DNA from: a virus
Length of the DNA stretch: 5,523 nt
UHGV virus genome: UHGV-1006037
Reading direction: 5' to 3' (one strand)
Numbering within the stretch: the stretch's first letter is position 1; the number at the start of each line of letters is the position of its first letter. The position numbers and the translations under genes are program-made. The notes under the pieces are model-generated. The model searched no databases, was not told the DNA's origin, and was given only the letters and a program-made list of their open reading frames with translations. This document shows positions 1 through 5,523 of the stretch, piece by piece.

Positions 1-1
1 G

Positions 2-199
2 AAAAACGGCGTATTCGTGCTGATCCGCAACAAGAAAAACAAATGGATAATCACAATGTGCGGCTCGATAGTAAACGCAAAGGTATTCGACACCAAAGAA
101 GAAGCGGAAGAACACATAGCTAAAAAAGAATGGGAAGACATCCTGACCGTAGCATTCATATTCATCATGCACATAAACGAAGAAATGAAAAACAATTAA
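2..199 (+). CDS. Hypothetical protein, 3' portion. The frame is open to the left window edge, so the true start lies upstream, or at the other end of a circular genome. ORF track shows only the M17-initiated part
   Basis: Frame 2 is open from nt 2 to TAA at 197-199. Codon usage (gta, ttc, gac, atc, aca, gaa) matches the confirmed genes. It ends 12 nt before the VP1 start. No recognisable motif. Confidence 0.45.
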   Translation, partial: KNGVFVLIRNKKNKWIITMCGSIVNAKVFDTKEEAEEHIAKKEWEDILTVAFIFIMHINEEMKNN

Positions 200-211
200 A
201 CAAAATAAGCC

Positions 212-2254
212 ATGAAAAAAACATTAGGAGGAGACAGAATCCGAAGCGAAAGCAAAATGGAAGTATATCTGCCTAATTTCGGTAGATCATCACATAACAT
301 AGGAAAAATAATCCGGACATCGCAAGCATGCGGTACAATCGTTCCCTATTGGTGCCAGATAGGCATGGACGGAACGACATTCTATATCGACATCACGACA
401 AAAGTAAAAACACTGCCGACAACCGGACCCGTATTCGGCAGCTTCAAACATCAAATCGACGTATTCGTAATTCCGATCAGACTCTATATAGCAGCACTGC
501 ATAATAACGCTTTAGGAGTAGGGTTGAACATGAGTAAAGTACTATTGCCACAATTTGAAGTATACACAGCCAATACATCGATCTATGAAGACGACGTCAA
601 CAGAGGGCAGGTCAATCCGAGCTCGCTACTCTCATACTTGGGAATAAAAGGATTCGGACACTCCAGAACCAATCAATACCTCCGAAGATTTCCTGCGATA
701 TTCAATCTGGCGTACTGGGATATATTCAAAAACTACTACGCCAATAAACAAGAAGAAAACGCATATGTAATCACCGGAATAAACCATATCTGGAAGAGCA
801 TCAGCGTAGGAGATGGAGTTAAGGTACTCAAGACATGGGTGGAAAACAAAAGCCAAGCATACAAGATGGCTCCGACAGCTGAGAAACCGTTATATATCAT
901 AATAGAGTTCGAGGAGAATATCTCACCCGAAGAGGTCAACGAGATCCAGTTAATGACGAATATTCCCGACTCAACGCAGAAATTAAACGAGCTGACGAAA
1001 CTCGGTGACTCCTTTGTATTCGAACGAACAGATCCGGACGCGCTGGGACTCAGGGAGCCGAGCAACCCGAGAAAGGCAGCCAAGGTCTTCGCGTACAAAG
1101 TCAAAAAGAATATCACAATCGCATACAACATGGATGCGGCCGGAGAGAATCTGATAACAATGCCGGACAACCAGAAGATCAAACTAACGCAATTTCCATT
1201 AAAAAACATCGACGACGAACGGAGCGCAATCTTAGCAGCACCCAGCACCTCGGCATATATAGTAAGCAATTCAAAAATGCCATACGGGGCAGCAACAGGG
1301 ACTTTAGATCTGCCGGATCACAACCGCACAAAAACATATCACAGCTCAAATGCATGGTACTCACAAGCAGGATTAGCAGTAAAAACGTATCTCAGCGACA
1401 GATTTAACAACTGGCTGAACACCGAGTGGATCGACGGGACGACCGGAGGGATCAACGCGATCACAGCGGTAGATGTAAGCGAAGGAAAACTTACGATGGA
1501 TGCTCTGATCCTCCAAAAGAAGATTTTCAACATGCTGAATCGCGTAGCCATTACAGACGGCACCTATCAGGCGTGGAGAGAAGCAACGTACGGGGTCAGG
1601 AGCACAACGCTGCCTGAATCTCCTATCTTCTGCGGCGGAATGCAGAGCGAAATCGCATTCGACGAAATCGTATCGAACTCAGCAACAGATGAAGAGCCAT
1701 TAGGAACACTTGCCGGACGAGGAGTCGCAACCATGTACAAATCCGGAAGGGGCTTAAAAATCAAATGCACAGAACCCTGTATGATTATGGCCCTGGGATC
1801 GATCACACCTCGAGTCGATTACAGTCAAGGCAATAAATGGTGGACAAGACTACAAAATATGGATGACTTCCATAAGCCAACATTGGACGCAATCGGATTT
1901 CAAGAACTGATAGCAGAAGAAGCAGCGGCATGGAGTACGGAAACCACTGAAAACTACAAACAAACGTATCAATCATTAGGAAAGCAACCGTCATGGATCG
2001 AATATACGACAGACGTAAACGAAACGTACGGCGAATTTGCCGCGGGAATGCCTTTAGCATTCATGTGTTTGAACAGGGTATACGAACAAGGGATAAATAG
2101 AACAATTACCAACGCGTCGACGTACATCGATCCGACAATATATAACAATATATTCGCGGAGTCGAGACTGAGCTCGCAAAACTTCTGGGTTCAAGTAGCG
2201 TTCGACGTAACAGCACGTCGAGTAATGTCAGCAAAACAAATTCCAAATTTATAA
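212..2254 (+). CDS. VP1: Microviridae major capsid protein (VP1 / F-like), 680 aa
   Basis: The longest ORF. Its N-terminal region "LPNFGRSSHNIGKIIRTSQACGTIVPYWCQIGMDGTTFYIDITTKVKTLPTTGPVFGSFKHQIDVFVIPIRLY" follows the conserved order of gokusho/alpavirus VP1 (basic N-terminus, S.H, G.L.P, G.TF, ...P..GP, FFVPxRL-like 'FVIPIRLY'). A length of roughly 550-780 aa is typical for VP1. ATG at 212 and TAA at 2252-2254. Confidence 0.9.
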   Translation: MKKTLGGDRIRSESKMEVYLPNFGRSSHNIGKIIRTSQACGTIVPYWCQIGMDGTTFYIDITTKVKTLPTTGPVFGSFKHQIDVFVIPIRLYIAALHNNALGVGLNMSKVLLPQFEVYTANTSIYEDDVNRGQVNPSSLLSYLGIKGFGHSRTNQYLRRFPAIFNLAYWDIFKNYYANKQEENAYVITGINHIWKSISVGDGVKVLKTWVENKSQAYKMAPTAEKPLYIIIEFEENISPEEVNEIQLMTNIPDSTQKLNELTKLGDSFVFERTDPDALGLREPSNPRKAAKVFAYKVKKNITIAYNMDAAGENLITMPDNQKIKLTQFPLKNIDDERSAILAAPSTSAYIVSNSKMPYGAATGTLDLPDHNRTKTYHSSNAWYSQAGLAVKTYLSDRFNNWLNTEWIDGTTGGINAITAVDVSEGKLTMDALILQKKIFNMLNRVAITDGTYQAWREATYGVRSTTLPESPIFCGGMQSEIAFDEIVSNSATDEEPLGTLAGRGVATMYKSGRGLKIKCTEPCMIMALGSITPRVDYSQGNKWWTRLQNMDDFHKPTLDAIGFQELIAEEAAAWSTETTENYKQTYQSLGKQPSWIEYTTDVNETYGEFAAGMPLAFMCLNRVYEQGINRTITNASTYIDPTIYNNIFAESRLSSQNFWVQVAFDVTARRVMSAKQIPNL

Positions 2255-2258
2255 TACC

Positions 2259-2582
2259 ATGAAAACAGCAAAAAGTAGAAAAGGATGTATCAATAATCCA
2301 GACCTTACCTACGAGGCAGAACCGAGGGAAGTAAAACTAAGAAAGATAATCAGCGGAGAGGCCAGTAACATGGAGGATGGAGTATTTCCAACAATCTACA
2401 CGGAAAAAAAAGATGGAGTACAACCCGAATACGACATAAGAACAGATCGATTCGAAGTAGCAATAGACGCAATAGACAAAATCAACCAAAGCACAGCAAA
2501 CCAAATCGCAAAAAACAAGGGCGAAACCGAGGCTGTGAAAAATTTCGGGACAGAAGGAAAAACCGATCCCGAAGAAAGCTAA
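2259..2582 (+). CDS. Hypothetical acidic protein, 107 aa. By position it could be a VP3-like internal scaffolding protein; this is speculative
   Basis: The ATG lies 4 nt after the VP1 stop, giving a tightly coupled gene. Codon usage is gene-like, the stop is TAA at 2580-2582, and a strong terminator follows. No motif recognised. Confidence 0.55.
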   Translation: MKTAKSRKGCINNPDLTYEAEPREVKLRKIISGEASNMEDGVFPTIYTEKKDGVQPEYDIRTDRFEVAIDAIDKINQSTANQIAKNKGETEAVKNFGTEGKTDPEES

Positions 2583-2611
2583 AGCAGTCGTATAAAGATC
2601 TACCAAAACTC

Positions 2612-2645
2612 AAAGAGGGGGGATATTTCCGCCCCCCTCTTTTAA
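2612..2645 (+). terminator. Rho-independent terminator hairpin
   Basis: AGAGGGGGG (2614-2622) pairs perfectly with CCCCCCTCT (2632-2640) across a 9-nt loop, followed by TCTTTTAA. It sits 30 nt after the stop of the 2259-2582 ORF. Confidence 0.7.
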
Positions 2646-2737
2646 CCCTCATAAATACATGTGGCACAGGGCGGTAGACATTTATACATATATAACAAGA
2701 ATAATAGGTATAAATTCTTTTAAAAAAAAGAACGAAA
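2646..2737 (+). promoter_or_regulatory. AT-rich intergenic leader upstream of VP2 and putative promoter region. No canonical element was identified confidently
   Basis: It is the only noncoding stretch longer than 40 nt. It contains TAGACA (2675-2680), TATATAAC, GGTATAAAT (2707-2715) and an A8 run directly before the VP2 ATG. No Bacteroidetes-type TAnnTTTG or well-spaced sigma70 -35/-10 pair was found. Confidence 0.25.
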
Positions 2738-3946
2738 ATGAACTTCAAAAAACTAATAGACCTACTCGAAAAAGGAGAAGACCTTACAAGTCCTCTCTCG
2801 GGAATAATCGGCGACGTTTCAAGTATCTTCAACGTGCTGGGCATAGGCAGGAGGAAACAGATAAGACAGCAGAAAGAAATGGCAGAGAATGCAGCCAAAA
2901 TAAATTACAAATACGGAGAAATGGCTGCGGAGAACGCATTCGAAAGACAGCAAGTGTTATACAACAGAACCTATCAAGACCAAAGTTATGCCAACCAAGT
3001 CGCGCAAATGGATGCAGCGGGATTGTCTCCCGGTCTGATGTATGGCAAAGGAGGCGCCGGGGGCGGAGGAGCCGGATCGACAACAGGTGCTCCAATGGGT
3101 GCAACAGGAGCTACAGGAGCAGGGTCAGCAGCCGATCCGAATATGCAACTACAGGCATTGATGTCATTGCGACAGGTACGGATGAGCGAACGAAAGAACG
3201 AGGCGGAAATCAACCTACTCAATACTCAAGCAGATGCACTCAAGGCAGAAGCGGGTAAAAACAAAGAGGAGACCCAATCGATAATCGATAAAAGATTGTG
3301 GCAAGTAAAACAAGAGATGTACGAAGGGTGGAAGGACTTCATCGATACGGCTAACCAACTATGGGACCAGATGGTAAAATGGCAGCCTACAAAGAAAACG
3401 AAAATCGACGACAAGGAAATCGAAATACCGAAGTACTTCGAGATAGAAGATGACAAATTCGGCAAAATCGTATTCGGAGAGGAATCATTCCAGGGCGATA
3501 TGATGAAAGCCGAAAAACAAATCCTCGAAGGAACAGCGGCAATCAAAACTCTGGAGAGCATATATGCAGACGAAAAACTATCGACAGAAATCAGAAAAAT
3601 ACACGCGGACGCATGCAGCGCAATGGCTCAGGCAGCTTACTTCTACGCAGCAGGCGAAACCCAAAAAGCAGAAGCAAAAGTACTCGAAGCAAAAAAGAGA
3701 ACCGAAGAAGCGACCGCAGACCTGCGAGAACTCCAATATTGGACCGAAATAGCGAACACAATCCTCAAGCTGGCGCAAGTAGTAGGAAACATGGTAATCG
3801 GAGGAAAAACAGGAAAAGCGATCAGGGAATACACAGAAAAAAAGATGAACAATACTCCCCCCATGAACTCATCAACAGTAACGCAGCACTATGATCCAGA
3901 AATGAATTTTAAGGGAGCGGACAAGACCGTAACGACAAAATGGTAG
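2738..3946 (+). CDS. VP2: Microviridae minor capsid / DNA pilot protein (VP2 / H-like), 402 aa
   Basis: "ENAFERQQVLYNRTYQDQSYANQVAQMDAAGLSPGLMYG" resembles the conserved ...YQR.V.DMKAAGLNPML.Y... block of gokushovirus VP2. This is followed by a Gly/Ala-rich linker (GKGGAGGGGAGSTTGAPMGATGATGAGSA, nt ~3047-3130). The remaining sequence is K/E/A/Q-rich and reads as helical / coiled-coil. Its size and its position after VP1 fit VP2. Confidence 0.8.
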   Translation: MNFKKLIDLLEKGEDLTSPLSGIIGDVSSIFNVLGIGRRKQIRQQKEMAENAAKINYKYGEMAAENAFERQQVLYNRTYQDQSYANQVAQMDAAGLSPGLMYGKGGAGGGGAGSTTGAPMGATGATGAGSAADPNMQLQALMSLRQVRMSERKNEAEINLLNTQADALKAEAGKNKEETQSIIDKRLWQVKQEMYEGWKDFIDTANQLWDQMVKWQPTKKTKIDDKEIEIPKYFEIEDDKFGKIVFGEESFQGDMMKAEKQILEGTAAIKTLESIYADEKLSTEIRKIHADACSAMAQAAYFYAAGETQKAEAKVLEAKKRTEEATADLRELQYWTEIANTILKLAQVVGNMVIGGKTGKAIREYTEKKMNNTPPMNSSTVTQHYDPEMNFKGADKTVTTKW

Positions 3947-3985
3947 AAAAAATGATTTTAAAGGGGAAAAATTCAATCAAAAGCA

Positions 3986-4897
3986 GTGTGTCTATATCCA
4001 AGTACCATAGAGAATCCAAAATACGCCAAATCGAACGAAAACGCTAAAAGAATAAGAGATCGTCGTCTGAGATGGATCCAAATTCCATGCGGACACTGCG
4101 AAGAATGTAGGCGCGCAAAAGCAAATGAATGGAGAGTAAGATTGATGGAAGAAATAAAATCTAATCCAAAAAATACTATATTTGCAACGCTGACATTCTC
4201 GGAAGAAAGCCTAAAAAAATTAGAATATGACAAAAACGAACCGAACAAAACACCTCAAAAAGCAATCAGCCTATTCAGAAAACGATGGTGGAAAAAGCAT
4301 AAAAAACCACTCAAACACTGGCTAATCACAGAAATGGGACACGACAATACCAAAAGAATACATCTACACGGCATTATATGGACAGAACTAACAGAAGAAC
4401 AATTCGAAAAAGAATGGGGGTACGGCTGGGTATTCTTCGGGTATGAAGTAAACGAAAGAACAATAAACTATATCATAAAATACATAACGAAAAAAGACGA
4501 GGACAACCCTGAATTCAACGGAAAAATATTCACTTCAAAAAAAATCGGAATAAGCTACATAAACAAAAACACACTCAACAGGCATAGATATCAGGATAGA
4601 TTCACAGAAGAAACATACAGAACAAATTCAGGAATAAAAATAGCACTACCAGCATACTACAGACAAAAAATATGGACAGATCAAGAACGCGAAGCCCTTC
4701 GAATCATAAAAGAGGAAAAACAAATAAAGTACTACAACAAAACTCCTATCAAAGTAGAGACAATAAAACAATACGAAGAGTATGTACACGCAGTAAAATA
4801 TTGGCAATCGATCAAAAAATATGACGGAAAGAGAAAAGAAGGAAATATGCAAGGCATATGGAGACCTGACCATAAAGAAGGAGAAATTAATTCGTGA
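3986..4897 (+). CDS. VP4: Rolling-circle replication initiation protein (VP4 / gene A-like), 303 aa, GTG start
   Basis: GTG at 3986 is the first start after the in-frame TAA at 3959-3961 and gives the N-terminus MCLYPS typical of microvirus Rep. There is a Cys cluster PCGHCEEC (aa 34-41). Motif 1 is FATLTF (nt 4181-4198). Motif 2 (HUH) is HLHGIIW (nt 4361-4381). Motif 3 is NYIIKYITKK (nt 4469-4495), with two Tyr as in phiX174 A protein YVAKYVNKK. Stop is TGA at 4895-4897. Confidence 0.9.
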   Translation: MCLYPSTIENPKYAKSNENAKRIRDRRLRWIQIPCGHCEECRRAKANEWRVRLMEEIKSNPKNTIFATLTFSEESLKKLEYDKNEPNKTPQKAISLFRKRWWKKHKKPLKHWLITEMGHDNTKRIHLHGIIWTELTEEQFEKEWGYGWVFFGYEVNERTINYIIKYITKKDEDNPEFNGKIFTSKKIGISYINKNTLNRHRYQDRFTEETYRTNSGIKIALPAYYRQKIWTDQEREALRIIKEEKQIKYYNKTPIKVETIKQYEEYVHAVKYWQSIKKYDGKRKEGNMQGIWRPDHKEGEINS

Positions 4898-5018
4898 AAT
4901 ATGGGAAACAGAATTTGCAATCAAAAAAATAGAGAATATATTAACCAGAAACAGGATAATAAATTCACCGGAAGAAGAGGATACATCGGAGATAGATCCA
5001 CTAATCTCACAAAACTAA
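4821..5018 (+). CDS. Hypothetical small protein (65 aa) overlapping the 3' end of Rep in another frame; possibly the 5' part of a gene that continues in the 4901-5257 frame
   Basis: It has an ATG start and gene-like codons, and translates as a helical-looking peptide (EKKEICKAYGDLTIKKEKLIREIWETEFAIKKIENIL...). It overlaps Rep by 77 nt. Overlapping genes are classic in Microviridae. Confidence 0.35.
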   Translation: MTEREKKEICKAYGDLTIKKEKLIREIWETEFAIKKIENILTRNRIINSPEEEDTSEIDPLISQN

Positions 5019-5257
5019 TCGGTGTAGAAAGAGTATCTCGACAAGACTTCAAATACGAAGGAACATACTACGTAACAGAAGATGGAGAAATATTCGACAA
5101 AGAATACGTAGAAACTCAAAAACCACAAAGAACCGGCATCAGCTTCTACGAAGTAACCAACTGGATGTACAACGAAAAAAAACAAATGTACGAACCTGTT
5201 ATCAGAAGAATAGTAATGATCAAAAACACCAACACTCAATTATCAATGGACCTATGA
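4901..5257 (+). CDS. Hypothetical protein (118 aa as an ATG-initiated ORF). The C-terminal two thirds are convincingly coding
   Basis: Same frame as Rep, with the ATG 3 nt after the Rep TGA. From about 5019 onward the codon usage and sequence (GTYYVTEDGEIFDKEYVETQKPQRTGISFYEVTNWMY...) look like real protein. The first ~40 codons overlap the 4821 ORF and look like low-complexity out-of-frame sequence. There is no alternative start between 5019 and 5170. Confidence 0.4.
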   Translation: MGNRICNQKNREYINQKQDNKFTGRRGYIGDRSTNLTKLIGVERVSRQDFKYEGTYYVTEDGEIFDKEYVETQKPQRTGISFYEVTNWMYNEKKQMYEPVIRRIVMIKNTNTQLSMDL

Positions 5258-5424
5258 ATGAAAAAGTAAAAAAAATCGTAAAATGGATCGCGGTAATAGC
5301 AGCCGCAATCGGCGCCGCGGCCGCCGTAATCATGGAACAGGGATGCACTCACAAGCGCTACTTCAAAGCAAACGGCATTAAAATCGACACAGTCGAAGTA
5401 TCAACATCAACAAAAATCAAGTAA
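5254..5424 (+). CDS. Small single-pass membrane protein, 56 aa (not in the supplied ORF track); candidate lysis or membrane-targeting protein
   Basis: The ATG at 5254-5256 overlaps the TGA at 5255-5257 of the upstream ORF (ATGA coupling). It translates as MNEKVKKIVKWIAVIAAAIGAAAAVIMEQGCTHKRYFKANGIKIDTVEVSTSTKIK. The N-terminus is basic, there is a ~17-residue Ala/Ile hydrophobic helix and a basic C-terminal tail. TAA at 5422-5424. Confidence 0.5.
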   Translation: MNEKVKKIVKWIAVIAAAIGAAAAVIMEQGCTHKRYFKANGIKIDTVEVSTSTKIK

Positions 5425-5425
5425 C

Positions 5426-5523
5426 ATGGACAAAAAATTCAGAAATCAGCTACTTGCTGAAAGCGGAAAAAAAGAAGGGGAAGTCAAAAGCGCAAACCTC
5501 GAAATCGAAGAAAGAGTACAATC
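5426..5523 (+). CDS. Hypothetical protein, 5' portion (MDKKFRNQLLAESGKKEGEVKSANLEIEERVQ...), running off the right window edge
   Basis: The ATG lies 1 nt after the previous stop and the frame is open to the end of the window. Its phase is compatible with the open frame at 2-199 if the sequence is circular. Confidence 0.4.
   Translation, partial: MDKKFRNQLLAESGKKEGEVKSANLEIEERVQ

Noticed and set aside
736-1269. Minus-strand ORFs. These are 736-1269 (177 aa), 2482-2898 (138 aa), 3226-3561, 290-502, 1803-2060, 4646-4924 and others.
   Set aside because: They are antisense to well-supported + strand genes in a family whose genes are all on one strand. Their translations are T-rich-codon hydrophobic strings (F/L/I/S/C) with no motifs, typical antisense shadows of an A-rich coding strand.
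2404-2411. Homopolymeric A7-A8 runs (213-221, 2404-2411, 2722-2729, 3837-3843, 4923-4929) as programmed slippage sites
   Set aside because: Such runs are expected by chance in a coding strand this A-rich, and most lie inside intact single-frame genes. Only the general 5000-5018 frame change is kept as a finding.
2662-2685. TGGCAC at 2662-2667 resembling a sigma54 -24 element
   Set aside because: The downstream spacing does not give a TTGC(A/T) -12 element (the sequence is AGGGCGGTAG), and a phage this small is unlikely to depend on sigma54. It is treated as chance.
2986-3222. Pro/Ala-rich minus-strand ORF (…DPAPVAPVAPIGAPVVDPAPPPPAPPLP…)
   Set aside because: It is the exact antisense of the GGN/GCN Gly/Ala tract in VP2 (GGN read backwards gives NCC = Pro). 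It is not an independent collagen-like or proline-rich gene.
2659-3258. Long Arg-rich + strand ORFs in the '-1' phase of real genes. These are 2659-3258 (199 aa), 3613-3894, 3564-3752 and 1426-1617. The 17-199 M-start ORF is not one of them (that frame is the real gene).
   Set aside because: They all sit in the same phase relative to the host gene. Because third codon positions on the + strand are depleted in T, that phase almost never produces TAA/TAG/TGA and is filled with AGA/CGA/AAG codons. The products are low-complexity R/K/S/N strings, as expected of a composition artefact and not of overprinted genes.
5283-5335. GC-rich quasi-palindromic island (GGCGCC, GCGGCCGC) inside an otherwise A-rich genome
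   Set aside because: It is explained by the GCN Ala codons of the transmembrane helix of the 5254-5424 ORF. Without conservation data there is no basis to call it an origin or regulatory hairpin.

Overview
The window reads as an almost complete, possibly complete, genome of a small ssDNA phage of the family Microviridae (gokushovirus/alpavirus-like). All convincing genes lie on the + strand, which is strongly A-rich and T-poor. Three proteins are recognisable by conserved motifs. The major capsid protein VP1 (212-2254) has the N-terminal pattern "F..S.H...T..G.I.PYW......G.TF.I.......LP..GPVFGSF.H..D.F.IP.RLY". The minor capsid/DNA-pilot protein VP2 (2738-3946) has an "AGLSPGLMYG" motif followed by a Gly/Ala-rich tract and then long predicted helices. 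The rolling-circle replication initiator VP4 (3986-4897) starts at GTG with "MCLYP", has a Cys cluster, motif 1 "FATLTF", the HUH motif "HLHGIIW" and a two-tyrosine "YIIKYITKK" motif. Around these lie an unassigned 107-aa acidic ORF between VP1 and VP2, the only sizeable intergenic region (2583-2737) with a strong G6/C6 hairpin terminator, and a cluster of small ORFs downstream of Rep. That cluster includes a 56-aa single-transmembrane protein coupled to the preceding ORF by an ATGA overlap (a lysis-protein candidate) and an ORF pair that looks like one gene interrupted by a frame change. Both window edges cut an open reading frame in a mutually compatible phase, which would be expected if the window is a linearised circular genome. 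Minus-strand ORFs and the Arg-rich '-1 frame' ORFs are judged compositional artefacts.
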